From positions 374,157 through 438,156 of the forward strand of contig NW_018407525.1 in NCBI RefSeq assembly GCF_002113885.1: a DNA stretch of 64,000 nucleotides, in the 5' to 3' direction. Positions 41,711 through 57,700 of the stretch are shown in pieces (within the stretch, counting starts at the first letter, position 1; the number at the start of each line of letters is the position of its first letter). Below the pieces are notes generated by a model. That model saw nothing but the letters and a program-made list of their open reading frames with translations, had not been told where the DNA came from and ran no database searches. Both the position numbers and the translations under genes were made by a program. The DNA is from Mizuhopecten yessoensis. Lineage: Eukaryota.

Positions 41711-44700
41711 AAAAATAATATTTTTTATTAACTTATAACCGGAAACAGAAATACAGCTTGAGCACGAACGCCATGTTAGAGCATGGGAACGGTTACACGA
41801 ATACAGGCCCTGGTATCCTCCTTTTGATTTGGTGTCGCATCAGTTTCTGTTATGGCATTTTTGTATCAAGCTTTCCTTTTCAAATGTTTATCACAATCAG
41901 AAATAATACGGTACAGCATTTATTGCAACGACCACGAAATTATCACCGTGAATATGACGTCATGTCTGCTTGTGATCATGTCCAATTTTACCGATTGGTT
42001 TCAATGTCTATAAATATATATATACATATATGCAATTTAACATGTACAAATCCAGACCATCCATATTACCAATTTCACCTCAATCGGGACACAAGCCAAA
42101 ACTCAGTACAACCTTTTAACGTCTCACATGTTTTTTTCAACAGGCCATTGTTTCTGACTGGTTTGAGAATATCTGTTGGTTGGATTTCTTTAATTGCATG
42201 TCAGTACCATTGTATGGAGAGGCAGATCATACCCACGACACAATCTGTAGTCTTGTCTACTGCCGTGAACCTTCTTGAACTTGCTGTCACGAACAGGAAA
42301 GACACTCGGAGTTTAACCGGCACCACTGTACGGTATATAGACTCAGTAACTGGCCGTAAGAAACCGTTTAAGTAGCATCATTCCTCAGGGTACACAGTGT
42401 TGAAATATGCCCGATAAAAGGTTGAAAATGAAATTGGTACGGCCAAAGACAACACCATAGAAAACATCGGTGTCTATTGAAATGTAATATAAACAGTTTC
42501 TTGTTAATTAATAAATATGTGTCTGATGATTTTTTTTATTAAAACATGTATATCTGATGTATTAACTGCAGTAATTGTGTGCTGTTGAAAACTGATACAC
42601 GATATGGCGTCGGTAAATTTCCAAGACCGACAAAACGGTTCCAAAATCCGAAAGACACACTCAGAAATCGCTAAAACCTGGCGACGAGAAAGAATAATGT
42701 GATGATTTGTTAACTAGTAACAGGTACATGTCACTGAAACTAACAATACCGTTCAAATACCGCATAATGTCACATTAAAAAAGACACTGAATATGTTTCT
42801 GGGGTAATCTTGGTATTTCAATAAATGACGTATTGTCGACATTTTAAGGGAAGACTAAGAATAACCAAATATGCATGGTGGATGTACTGCATAGAAATTA
42901 TAAATGTTCTATCAATTAAAATTGACTTAAGATTTTTTTTTTCAATGTATTATGTGAAAATGAAACAATACTTTTGACTTTCACATAAGTCCACAACTGT
43001 ATGAGAACAGCCTCAAATAGACTGTTTTATTGCATTACTAAATTATCATTCAACTGTAGCAAGTTTTATCAAAACACAAATTTAAAATTAACTAACTGCT
43101 ACATCCATATAACTCCCCATCAATGTGGACAAAGCTATATACATGTATATCTGACATCAAGAAGGTAATGATTTCCCATCTGTCACGATTTTTATCAAAT
43201 GGTGTCACACCAAAGACACACATAAGACGTAACGTTTTTAGGTAATCTCGATAGTGCAGGAAAATCTAACCCTTTTTAGGAAAAATCACCAGGTGAGTAT
43301 GTGATTAAGTCTTTTAGATAATGCTGCCATATTCTATAGCTTTAACCATTCTCCGGATGGATACCGGAATACATTCGAGGGTGTCGTTGTTCTAGTTTGC
43401 TTATTTTGAAATAATGTGGTTAGTTTCTCATGCAGATTCAATGTCTGTCAATGTTAGTTTTGGTTGAAGGGGATGATGGAGATCAGTGGCTATATCACAT
43501 TACAAGTGCGTATAGTGAAGTTCAAATACCATCGGTAATCTAGGAAGAGACCTTGACATTTAAACATTACGTTACACCGATCGCTAGGAGGAACAATTGC
43601 ACTAGGAATTGTGTCTTGTTAAACTGACATCTTTATGATATATTTGATGTATTTCTTTCTTTGATAGGCAAAATCAGAACAGTTGTCGATTTCTTTGAAA
43701 TGCTGCAGTGCCTTGTGTAAAACTGGAGTGTTATGTTATAGTGTTATTTGATTATTTATTGTTAGTTCTGCGTTGAAGGAAATGGAAGAATTTATCAGAA
43801 TAACAACATTCTTATGTACTTGTACAAACCATACATGTCATGAAATTAATATGTTTCCAAAAAATGGCTACAGCTTGCAATTAATTGCATTTTGCGATGG
43901 CATACCTGAAGCCTCGAAAGATATTTAATAACGAACCTTTTGACTAAGTTACAAAATAATTAAATCTGTCATTTTAAAGTTCACAGGGAAACGTCATTAC
44001 CACAGAAAACATGCATTAAATTAACCTTGGCATTTCTTCACTTAAACTTCAATTCTAAGCCCGTTTTTACTACAGCTGTCGGGTTTGCGAACCATAGCGG
44101 CGGATAGGGATTTAAGTCGACACGTTTCTTTCAGAAATGGGAAGGAGTACCACGAATATCATTTTATTCCAACAGAACTTAGTAGACTTTAGTATCGTGA
44201 CTGCAATAATGGATTGGAGCACAAACTATTTTATTAGTATTTAACTCCACTTCCCATTGTTTTACAAATATTCCAACAGTGTTTAATGTTTACCTGGTCA
44301 AACGAAATTACTACAGAATGTATTCGAAATAAAGGAAGAAATAAAACCCATACAGAGTAATAAATGAACATCAAAACAAAGCAATCCAACACGCATTTCT
44401 TAGTAAACACGTGTGTGAATTAATTAAAAACAAGGCTTAGTTTTCAAAGGGACATCCTGGTAATGTTATGATGGTATTGGGGATCTGATGAGCAGTCCTC
44501 GCCGTCATTATTGTATCCCGATATCTCCCTGTAATCACACAGATAACACGCTTCGTACAACAGAGGCCTCAACTTATGGTATCCCATCGGTCGGTATGGT
44601 GATGTCGACAGTGAAGAGCAATCAATGAATGTATCGGGGATTCTATCTATACTGTTGGGAGGAATTGTTCATATTCCAATGACTCTGAATAAAAACCAAT

Positions 44701-45375
44701 ACACACCTACGTGGTTTGTAATTATGGGTGGGGGAAAAATAATTTAAAAAAGTGTTTAAATATATTTTTTTTACATTAAATTAAGGGACCATCTTACAAT
44801 ATTATTTGATGCGAATGTTCAAGAATATGACATTACATTCAAAACAATCATTCCGAACAGATCGACTTCACATCCGCTTCCGATTATACTATATAGAACT
44901 ATTTTGTCGACAACAAAATTGTTTTAGAAACATAATACATTTGTTTGGTAAAATTTACTGTTTATAGAAACGCTCTATTCTCTAGACTAGGTATCTAGAC
45001 TCCATTGACCAATCCTGTCTAATTAGAGGTTAAAAATGCACGTTGTCTTGTCGTATGTAACAAACATTGCATCAATACTATTTGGAACAAAGATATATCG
45101 ATTAATATTTTTCTCATATCAACTGTATATTTTTTTTACACAGTTGTAACCTATACTATGATCAGTTGAACTGTGATAGGATATCAAATGGTTATGGACT
45201 AGTATTAAAATGTTGTCGAACTTTAGGCAGGAAGAAAGCAAACATAACATTGAAACTTGTTTTAAAAGTAAAAACAAAGTATAAATCATGTTTCTGATAT
45301 AATTGATGACTTTAACAAAGGAAAATATATATATACATATAGTATATGTTAAATAATCAGAAAAGAAATAATGTT

Positions 45376-45720
45376 GAGACACGGTAGTGTAGTGGTAGGA
45401 CGCCGGGCTCGTGACCGAAGGGTTGCGAGTTCGACTCTCGTCACGGCACTGTGTTGAATCTTTGAGCAAGATATTTTACTCCGCTTGTTCCAGTCTACTC
45501 AACTGTAAATGAGTACGTGGTTGAGTAGTGCTAGAATTGTAGAATGCTAACTGTGAGCGCCGAAATGACAGCACCGGCTGTATGCTCCCAGGGGTGTTGA
45601 GAAAGATATTTGCTGGTTGCAAAGGCCCTATAACCACGGATAATAATTTGTGAACCACTTTGAGACGATCTACGAACATCGTACATAAAAAATCTGCCTT
45701 AACTTTTGTGATGATGATTT
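45376..45720 (+). mobile_element. Near full-length CORE-type SINE (tRNA head, CORE-like body, LINE-like tail)
   Basis: A box TAGTGTAGTGG at 45385-45395, B box GAGTTCGACTCT at 45427-45438, CORE-like tgtgttgaatctttgagcaagatattttac...caactgtaaatgagtac. Tail shared with 15625-15735. Confidence 0.85.
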
Positions 45721-48700
45721 CACGAGCCACTATTTTTTCTGAATCTAAAAAAATAAAATATAAACAAGAAATGCACATTATCAAAATATATAGATATTTC
45801 AGAAATATATATATATATATATTTTTATGTAAAGTCAACTCAAAAGAATATGTGGGATTAAAATGCGATATTTTTAGATAATAACTATTACTGTTAAAGA
45901 CAGATGAACCTATCAGAAAATAACCCTATTTATGTAGGTGCATTTAGTACATTTAACATAATGATTTGCAAAAATGTACTTGCATGAATACTACAACCCA
46001 TGTAAAGGTTTCTGTTGTAATTTATATATGTACTTAAATGCTCATTTAATTTATCAGTTTCACAGTACCCAAGTTGTTTTCATCGATGTGGCCCTACAGC
46101 AATGAAAACAATTAAAGTGTTTAGCTTAATGACAGTTTCTTATAGTATGACATACGATTTAAAACATATCATTTGTCATGTTAAGACATTGTAAATCAAT
46201 TTACACCAGAGCAAAAATTAATGTTTTGAAAATGACGTCATCCGACAATAGATTTTTCTTTTTTCAAATGTCAGTTTTTGTCCGTATAGGAACATCGTTA
46301 TTATCAAAGTGTTTCTCAAAATTATACAAATTGGGAAGCTGATCCGAAAAAACGAAATATGGGTTAATTAAAGGGTACATATTGTTACTCTATGTTTCCA
46401 ATGTAACTGAGTGTGGTATCGACTGATTTTCAATGAATTGTGATTTAAAACAACTATCGATTACAATAAACATTGATGCATATATCATGATCGTTGCATT
46501 CTTAATCATTAAGGTATACTGAATCACCCACATCGTACTAGGGGAGACAGTCTGATAAACCAGTCTAGATGTCCTATCATAATCTATTATAATTGTATTG
46601 AAGGTCTTCTGAACGCCGTCATAATTGTTATATACAAATATTTTTTATGTAAGATTTTATTTGGCTTAAATGTGTGGGCAATGATAATCAGACTGTTGGT
46701 GCATACCTAAATTAAAGACCATGTACATGCATATTGCAAGTACTAACGTTACAAGTTTAAGGATGTTTTCTTCAAGGAAATAGAAGTAGGATGGTAATCA
46801 TTTTTCTATAGTGATACTATCATCATTATAAAAAAGAATGAAAATATTAATATTGCAATACCAGAGCGTCAACAATAAAACGCCTTATGACCCCGATGTC
46901 TATAAACCTGTGATGACTGTCAACTGTATTTTCTAGTCGATTGCTCAGGATGTGTTTATTTGATTTACACAGGTTTTCGTTATGTGGAGTTTTTTGGCAT
47001 ATATATGGGACTCTAAGAGGAGGTTACCGTTGTTATTCAGACTCGAACCGGATTTTGTATTAATAAACATCCCGGTCGTCTGTTTAGGATCGTTTGTCTG
47101 TGGTCAAAAAGAAATTCCAAATAACCACTTCACGTGCAGAGAAACACGTGACCTAACCAAGACAGTATTATAATATGTAGCATAGCCTAGCAACACGTTA
47201 ACGACTCGTGTCAGCCATTTTTGGAAGGTACATCATTTCTGTTAAATACTATCGAACGTTTAGCCCTTCACATACTGTAATCATGTGATGAAAAAAGCTA
47301 GGGCACGTTATTCAAACGCTGTGTTAGAATTTGTCAAATGTAAGATAGCACATGTTTGGAAAATAAACACCATGTGTTAGATCGGAAAACAGGGATAATT
47401 CAGATTAATATAGATCCATTGTCTCAAAAGTTGTGTGTGCAGTGAAATCATTTTTCATAATTATATAGTACATATATGTAGTATTCATCATTCACCATCA
47501 TGACCATGTGTTAGAGATTGAAGTAAAATTGAACTATAAAGCAAAGTGAAAATCAATCTAAAATATCATTTTCCCAATCGTCCTACACTAACGCATAATA
47601 CTGATTACTGGGTCTCGGTAGGTCTCCGGGCGTAATGGCGGCCGCTGTTCGTAGTACAGGAAACACTTGAACAGTCCTGTACACCTGGTTTCCTCTCAAC
47701 GTGTTATAGTGAACTGGTGAAGTAGGTAGAAAGTTTTCCAGCGTTTACTCATCAACCCGGCTTTTTGTTATACATATTTTTTTTCATAACTAGGGCATGT
47801 AAGTAGTGTTCAATATTCGATCTGAATAGCACGTATTGCCCTAGACAACTTGGCCGACACAAAGTATATCAAAGAGGTGTGACATCCACTGCTTATAAGC
47901 ATGATCTTGAGAATATTTTTGTCGTCAAATGCTTATTTCGAAGACGCCGGATGATGTATTGAGTACAATTAGGGCTATTACGACTGTAGCAAGAAACAAA
48001 TTGTCCATTGAACTCAATGACTACCTCTTCGTCGGAACTTCGCTTATATTTTGATGCGAACAATTAAATCGAAGATGCAGTTTTTCAATGCAATTGTGTC
48101 TCATACTTGTGTACATGAAGCAGTAGACTTCTAACATTTCTGACAGAGAAAATTGTTTTAAAAAGATTAAAGCGATATTGCCTTGTTATGAAGTGGGTTT
48201 GTGTATGTTTGCTGGAAATAGTAAGCCAAGCCATGAACAAGCAATATATGCGAACGGTTCCTGGTTTTTAATGCCGATAAACGAAACTATATATCAGTAT
48301 TACATTTTGAAATAGTTTTTTTTTTCTTTAGTAAGATATTTTTGTCAATCCGTTCAAAATTTTCTGATAGTGAGGTTAGTATGATGAACTAAAAGATATC
48401 TAGCATTTACATTAGTGAACGAAAAGTGCAAACCACTTTTTCGGTACTGTAATAGAATTAAATTTGATTTCTGAATGTATTTCGAGGAATGAAATTGACT
48501 TGGTTAATTTCCACCATTTCCTTTGTGACTTTATCATCAAAGTCACGTGATAAGATTGGAAACAGATTCACTTCTGTCATAATCTATTTCAACACAAATG
48601 ACTGTCAAATTTCACTAATCAATTTAACAGCTGACTTTTGATCTCAAACAAACCTATCACGCCCTGTGATTGCTCTCGTTTGTAATTTTCTCCGTTTCAC

Positions 48701-51700
48701 ACAGTTCAATTTGAATTGTGTTTATTATATCAATTTGATTTTCTGGCTTTTGGGTGCACTACGCTAGGGAGTAAAACGCTGGGTACCTTATACTAATCAC
48801 AGTGAAAGAGACATTTCGTTTTCACCCCTGGGGCCGGAGACTTTGGTCGAGCGGCGGTAAGGTCCACGCGCCGGTTCTCCCGACACTACGTCAGGATCCT
48901 TCAGACACAAATAGGTCCATCACCTCCTTATTAGACCCCAATTACAACACATGTAATTTCCTAGGATGCTCCTTTCGGAGTTTATAAGCTCCGGGCCGAC
49001 CATTGATAGCTCCCCGACGGTGAAAAGAATTGAGACAGAACCCGAAGTCCAGTGCTGTACTGGATGTAATGTAAAATAGAACGTTCCTTTTACAGATTAC
49101 AGACTTGATATGTTGATAGTTACTTATCAGAACATGTAACAATTATATGTATAAATATGTAATTCTGGCAAGTACCATGTGTTTCAATGTGACAAGTGTT
49201 ATACAGATGTAGGAAACCATAAACAGGAAAACGTTGTCATACATATTTACATACGCAAACATACAAAAGCAATGGAAACCACATAATACAGGTAAAAGCA
49301 GCATTCATTTGGATTTGTTTGTCTTGTGGCGTTGTGACAAATGTACAGCAAGCTAACTTACGATTACTGCACGGAGTATAAATATATATGAAAATATCGA
49401 TTTATGAATTTATTTATTGGCAAACTATCAGAGGAAACGGATTGAATATTTCCTGTTTTTCACAAGCCTTAACCAAAACTACCACATCGAAAATCAAGGT
49501 GTAGAAATTTGAATATTGATACACCAAACTTGTAACTAGAAATACATATCATAGGTTGTTTATTGTGCAAACATTTTCTTGCATGCCTTTAACTCACGTC
49601 TTAACAAAATAAAATATAATAATATACGAGTTATTCACGTGACAGTAATAAAAGGCGAAAACAGACACGTCGTCTATGTTAAATTGATAAACAAAATCTG
49701 ATTTTAAGTAAGATACTAAGAGCAACAGTATGGGCTTAGTAGGTACCGAAACAAAAGTAAAACATCATGAAACATTTTTCTAAATGCTGGAATCGCAAAT
49801 AATAACAACACGTAAACGCAAAACCGCAATCAGATTTGTGAGTTATACACCCCAGAGTTAGATACACTTGTCATGGTATTGAAATAACCTTGATGGCTTA
49901 TGCTTGTAGGTCAAAACTCACTTCAACATTTTTTAGCTATTGTCGAAATGTTTTCGGACGAACGATCAAAGATTAAATTTCAAATACAGACTTGGAAGTC
50001 TGGTATGAAGACCTTAATTCTAAATAGCGTGAAAAGTTACAGGTAAGTTTTAATGAGCATAAACCCAGACGATTGGTCTCGTATAATGACTTCTCTGTCC
50101 TGGCTTATTCACACGACACACCAAACAAGCCTGATTATAGCCAGAAAACGCTAAACCTCGCTTCAGGCGGGATTAGTGTGTGGTTCACAACCTTTTTCAT
50201 CATTAAAGACTAGGTTAATTACGCCAAAAAGGATTTAACTTTTGAAAATCATTCAAGTTTCACTAATGTTGAGGTTCTGGCTTCAGGTCTCCATAGGTAC
50301 AGCTTGGTTGGTCAGTCTAACGGTCAATTGTCCTGAGGAGGACACAGACCGGGACACCTCTTTAGAGCTGTATAATCAAATGTTATCCAATATGTTTACC
50401 CCGTTATATAAACGGCGAGACGATAGGGCATATTAACAGTCGAGAGGTATATTACGTGTTACGTATTGCAGAGTTGTGTATTACATGGTATCGGCAGAAA
50501 TCCACAGACGGCCATTTATGTCCCGAGGTGGAACACAACTTAACATTTCTTTTCTTGACTTTTTAACATTTAAATACGATATACAAATGGACTTAATACG
50601 CAAACTGCCGCGTCAAGAGCATTTAAGTATCATTCAGTCTATTAGTTATTTGAATATCGCTCCTGGACGTTTTGGTCTTTATGTACACAACATATGTATT
50701 CTGTAAGATCTGATTGGTACCGGGACAGGTGTGGTATGGCAGATCGGTGATAACCGTCAGATGATATCACGGCCAGCCAAAACATATTTTTGTTTCTCTT
50801 TGTAATTTTAACTAAAGGTTGTTCACGTCCAAATATGTATACATATCATCTTAATGTAGATATACTGTATAATTGTAAAATTATAACAGTTTATACAAGT
50901 GTAACATTTCAGAACCTTTATCGCTGAATTTAAAAATATGACTTTTCCCTCGGTGTAAATTTGTTATTTTGATGGAAAACAAACCTTGAATTTTCAACTA
51001 AATAGTTTTTGCGATAGTATACAATAAACACCTATTGCGACTTCAGTAAAAAAAAACACCAGTATTTATACAGCGATTTTATCCAGAAAAAAAGGCTTAT
51101 TTAAGAATTGATGAGTGCAAATATACCGAAGTGGCAAGTATAGTAAAAATAGTTACTCTATTTAGATTTCTGCTTTGGCATATTCATTTTTATATAGATG
51201 CTTCCTTCTTCCAATTTCTAGTGATTAGTATAAAATAATTAATTGGCTAGCACTGCTTGTGGGAGCTCTGTCCCGAATCCGGTCGAAACCTTTTTGAGTA
51301 TGTTTGAGTATGAATTATCGTTGGTAACCGAGGTATAATTTGTAACGTTATAAAATATTCTATAGGCATCTTTACCAAGATTCTTACACATGTTTAGGAA
51401 CACTTCAGATAATTGTTTTAATTTTGTTGATCACTTTGTTAGAGTCCAACCATAATCTTTTTTTTTAAATAACTGCTTTCTTATTCTTTCTTCGTTTTCT
51501 TCGGGATTATTTTACAGGGAAATTGTACAGGTACACACAAACAACTGGACAGAAAAAAAGTATGTATACAGAAAATATAACGAAAGTATGAAGAAAATGG
51601 CGACAGAAATTATTTCAATTTGTTGGCGACCGGAAAGTGTTCAGTTTGTATAAGCGAGAGACATAACACACTACCATTCCATTTTCCCTTACTGTCAAAC

Positions 51701-54700
51701 TAGAACCTTATTTCACCGGAGCGCAATGAAATATCTTGTTAGACATTTTACGGTGTTTTCAAGTTTGACTCCTAATTTGCACGCAATCTGCAACTAATTT
51801 GATATAGACAGCAACACCTGTATACAGTTTCGAATGTGTTAACATGTGTTTGAACTTTAATTAAAAGGTTTACTCTGTAGAACACTTCTATTTTCTATTA
51901 TTATTCTAATATCCTAGTTCACATTGAATATATTAAAAAAAAACTGGAAAGTAGTCCAACAGTGTCTCCTGCCAAAACAGCAGCCACGGCAGCCTCAGAA
52001 ACCGTGAGGTCGCGTGTGTCGGCAAAGCACTGTGGTGAACTCGCTCGTATCACTTTACAAGCCTCTGTTAGTAATTGGAGCTACTCCAGTTTATACCATT
52101 GCAAAGCAATATTTCCAGGTTCAGTTTTTGAGTATCTCAAGAGAAAAAAGGGACAAAAAAACTCCTCCTGTGTGGCTTTTGTTGTTTTCAAAAATTTCAT
52201 GCCTTAGAGGTATGTGATAATTATGAAGCTTCCATATCTGCTGTAATTGTTCATATTTCGGAAGGACGATTCTCGCTTACTAATCCAACCATTAATTAAA
52301 GCTGCTAGAAAACCGCCATAATTGGACGGATTGGCCCAGTGTAACACGAAAGGTCATCCGTTTCGTTCTTCGGAAGTCCCTCTGTCCAACCTATTCGGCT
52401 TCTGTAGGCCGTCTTGTCGACCACGGGCCCTAAGGGGGAAGACGGCGCTATGTACTCGTCTTAATTAATCCAAATCAGCACATCCCCTCCAAAAGAATAT
52501 CTCACACACCGCGATATACGGACTCCCCTATCTGTTGATGAGTGGTGTATCCAGCCCCCGTAGGGTGGGTAGCGCACCGTTCGGTGGCTGTAGCTAACTA
52601 ACTACCCAATCGACGAATCAAGACATGGTCGACAAACATACAACACCATTATATGGTATCCAGTAAAAAAAAAAACCCATTCATGTATTCTTGCAGTTTG
52701 ATCATTTTCATTTAGTTATTAATTACAATTGAGTAGTACATTGTTTTTTTGAATTTCTACTAGACAAGTGAGAGATATTAGTTTTGGTATACTTCGAGTT
52801 CGTTTCTTACCAGTTTTTAATGTTTCGTGTACTAAACAGATCTGGGCCAGTATTTGTTTCCCATAACCTTCATTTGCGTGAAGACATTGAAAATTATTCC
52901 CAATTCGTATTCCTCTATCTGAAAGGACAGCTAACGTACTAGGTTACGCAAACCGCTATCAACACGACCAATAGTTCTTGTATATTATCAAAGTCAGAAA
53001 GCTAAAATGCCTGTACTGTTCAGTTTTCGTATATCCCTTGTTTTAGAAGGAAAACTAGCATATCATACTTTGGCGATTTTCTGTATAAATGTGCCTGTGT
53101 GTGATGTTCTTGTTATTAGTATACCTTCTAACATATTTTAGGGATTCAAGTTATAAGGAAACCTTGTAATAAAGTTATGATTTTGTTTTATTTCGACTCA
53201 TCATGTTGGGTACAAAACGGTGTATTTTGATATGCTGTTTATTGAAAGCAAAAGGGAAAAAGAAATAAACATAATACCGATACTTATTGGCAAGTTCATC
53301 CGAGTGCAAACCAAACGTGACAATTTTGGATAGCCTGTTGTCATGGTAATATATGTAGGGCCTTTGTTTTTGTAATTGTAAAGTACAGACCTTGCCCAAA
53401 CACTGCTCAGTAAAATTGTTTCCCTTTCGTGAGCAAGGGACATGCAACTTTTATGGTCATTCGTTAACTACGTAATCTTCTTTCATATAAAAACTAGAAG
53501 TTGATTAACTGCAAATTATTTTCTAATAGAAAGGGCATATAAATTCCCAGAGCAGCCGTTTAGTGAATATTGGACTTTGCCACATCGCCCTATAGCTATC
53601 TACACCGTGACATGGCCCAAAAATTTGTTTCGAAACAGGTTCTTGAAGCTATTTATCTCCACCGGGACCACACATGTCCGTCTACACTTCATATTTGTTG
53701 GTAAAATTTAATAAAAGTTTGCGGTATTTTGCCCCCCTTGAGGATAACTGAGGTTTCCGAGCGAGTCTAGAGGACGGCCAAAGGGTAGATCATCAATGGA
53801 TATGATGGATAAGAGACGAGGTGCCCGAAGGTACGCCCTTGATTAAATTCGAACCCTGATGTAATAGGGAAGGAAACTGAGCCAAATGCAGCATTGCATT
53901 ATATATAAATTTATAGCTACCTTTCGCTGTTATCAAACATTTCAGACTTTTTCTAATGATAGTCATAGTACACGATGATTTAAGACACATAAGAACAGAA
54001 CGTAAACAGTAAGTTTGATAGAGAAAATAGCATTCATTGTAATTCACTATAAATATCAGCATTGAAGGACTAAATGTTTATTTTCGTTGATTTTAGACTT
54101 CTATTTTTCTAAGAATACTACTTTTTTTCTGAAACACATACTAATGTTTTCTCACAATATGAAGAATATGAATAAAATAGTAGATGTTCATACTTCAGCT
54201 TAAAAATAATGGTTTTATCATGAATTTACTAATGTTTTTGTCGAATTTCATTACTAATGATATCTCTTCAAATATTAACAATAGTTCAATGGTACTTTTA
54301 TGAAGTTAGTCCTATTCCATTTGTTCTATAGTCAACAATGTACATATCCTCCGTCAGTATTGTTACGTTCAAAAACAAATAAGTGACTTCCTAAATGTAG
54401 TTTAGGTAGGAGGTAGACGTATATTCAAACGGTTGGAATTCCAATGCGAATTCTGAGGTTAAATGAGGTAAAATTGAAAAAAATACCTTTTCTAAAATAA
54501 TGTTATTAAATGAAATTAAGAGTTTTGAATAATAATAATCCATTTAGTGTTGTAATCTTAAATGTAAACATATAAACAAACATTTAATTTAATTCAATAT
54601 ATTTCCTCTGATTGAAGGCCAGCATAAATTGTACTGTGCACAATTGGTATGAAACATGATACAAGAATATATATTTCTAATAAAATGTTTCCATTCTTTT

Positions 54701-57700
54701 TCCAGCAATTATTGTAAAGATTTAAACCCACCCTTTTTAAGAAACAAATTCCCAGTAGCATAATTATCCCACAAAAGTGTACCCCTTCAAGCGACTTGAT
54801 GCAATCTACTTACAAACAATGAAAAGTCACGTGCTCGGTCATTTTGATACGAAGCAGACGACAAGTCGGTACTTTTATCGATTCGTACCGATTAAATGGC
54901 ACTCGTTGTCACACAGGGAGTTCTCGTACGATGTCAAACACATAATCATGTAATTTTCTTGTTAAATCACGACCAAAATTAATGTACTTTATGTATATCT
55001 TTATTAATAATGCCTGTCGCCAGATTATTTGCAAACAATTTTCGTATTTCTTTAAAAAAAATATCTACGGTTTTCATTTTCCGCTGCGTTAAATCACCAC
55101 TGCGTCCCACAACATTTAAATTGTATTATGATAAATCACATTGAATTTAATTACAATGTGCTATTAAAAACCTACGTCATTTTTGTACAAAATAAGCAGA
55201 AGATAGACAGTTTCCAGAAATGTTGAACATCCTTAAACATGTTTTAAAGAATGGAAGATATGCGTAATATAGGATATCATCATGATTAATCTGCTTTCAA
55301 AACGAAGCAAAATAATTTTGTGATAGGATGTACCAGAAGACAGAATCTTTTAAAAAATATAATATTATCTATAGTTGAAAAATTACTTTATAAAAGTATA
55401 ACCAAATTTAAAAGAAATATTAATGACAAATATAATTATGAAACAATTTTGATTTGGCGTAAGATATGAAACAGTAGGTTTGGCGATCTCTCGGAAATGT
55501 TCATTATACAGTGAACTGGGACAAACACACACACACATATGTATAATAGCAAAATATGTTAATCTTTCATATAGTGTAGCACAATCTACACAGACTTAAA
55601 CAAAGTCCCAAGTAAGAAAAGAAACACATTGATATAAGTACATGCCTGCAGTTTACTTGGTTCCATTAATACAGTTTAGTTTAGGTATAATTCTGTACAG
55701 ATAAAAAAAATGTGACATTTACATCCGCTATAGAAAAATAATATGCGCTATATCTTGAGTGTTTTTTTTTATTTTTTATTTTTTTTTTTTACAAATGAAT
55801 ATATTAACGCAACAGGAGAAGCTCATACGATTGTTTAATTCTTATCCTTAGGTTTGGTAATGCTGGTGTTGATATTTTAATGTCAAGGTTGCTGGGTCTG
55901 GGAGTTTTAAATGTTCGAATTGGAGACTGCTTTCTCTCAGAGTGTATTGACAAAACTGTTCGTAGTATTGTTTTATTTGTTGAATCATCCTACCACGAAA
56001 TCGTGAAAAATATCATTGTCTCGAATATGACTGTACCCAGGAATTTTCAGCGTAATGCTAACATTATCACGGCGGTAAGAAATAAAGAGCGTCGCAGCTA
56101 ACACCGTATTTGCAAAGAGAATGTGATCGTTGTATTATCACAACCCTCATGTTATGTTAACAAGTGTCCTAAGGCATGACATTGTCATGTAAGTTTTCAT
56201 TTGGAAAGGATATATGAAGTAAATGAACACCAAATATGAGTGCCCAATTTTATAATGAAGACACACACATTGAATAGGGTTTATTCATGTTAAGAATTCA
56301 ACATAATAAGTACTGTACCTATATTATAGATTGTTACAGCCTCTTTCTCCAACATGTCAAACCATAAAACGATCTCAACATCGAGCTCATTTCGTGTTAT
56401 AAAATATTTTTCTTCTTTTCCTGCTAATTCTCTATTTTGAGTCACTAGTTACTATTTGATATTTTTAAAGTTACGTCACTACTCACATTGTCAAGGTTAC
56501 ATAATGTGATTGGTAACCGGTTAATATTGTATGTGACACACAGCTATATTTATGGTTAATATTATTATGTTTTTGTAGTAACATCTTGTGTTATTCTTAG
56601 ATTTAATGAAACGTTATATTTTTGTCTGACACACTGTTTCATATCCAAATATCTAGTTATGTTTGTGTTCAAATAATCAACCAATCTTATAGCAGAACAT
56701 GAGTTCGTCCTCAAATATAATACACATCTGATTTGGGGAAAATGTTGGCTAAATTCACATAACAATACTGTTTTATGTCATAAATATTTTACAGTTGCGT
56801 TTGAAAAAGACCGCCTCTATAAATATCATCAATTTATAATAATAACATGACTGAGACGGAAAGAAAATTCAACAATGTACAATTCTAAAACTGTTATTTG
56901 AACCCATATTATGATTAAGAAATACCTAGTAAATCCTATGTTATAGAAATTCTAAATCGATCCTAAATAACAGACATACTATACTGAAATATAAAATGAT
57001 AAGTCCTTCCTTAATAATATTAAGACAGACGGACATTCTTCATTTCCTTATCAATCGGAATTTTACAGAACAAAATACATGTGTACATGCAACATTTTCT
57101 TGCATGCCATACATTATGTTTTCATTGTTAAAATGGCCCCTAAAAACAGTATACTGAATAACATAAATTAAATTAAAATAAAGATTTCAAACCAATCCCA
57201 AATAACAGTTTTACCATTTTATAAAACAGTTTATCCCAAGTATCAGTTACTCTATGATACAGCTATGTCAAGTCAACTCGAAATAGAATCAATTTAATGC
57301 GATAGTAAAATCATAAAAAACAATACCTTTAAGTGTTGCTTTTATTACCTTAATGGAAATACTTTCGTGTTATATATGCCTTTAGAGAATATGTATAACC
57401 ATTTTATCATTAAATTGGACCGAAGTGTCAAAACAAATGTAGGCAAAACAGGGTTCAAACATCGCTGACTCTTTGAAAATGCATATATTTAACTGTTTTA
57501 TGTACAGTGTTGATAGAGCTTGTGATTGTACCTGCTCGTATGACAAAATACAGTTATAAAAACCCCTTCCGGCACAGACCTGAAGATCTGAAGATAACGG
57601 GAGATAAACACAAGTTACATTAAGGTTTTTCATTGGTCAGATACATGCCCGAAGCCATAGTGTTTGTCATTGTTTTAAAATATTCCAGATAAGAAATTGC

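Noticed and set aside
41758-42375. 205-aa plus-strand ORF
   Set aside because: Non-ATG start, spans a (TA)n tract, no recognisable motif; consistent with a chance open frame.
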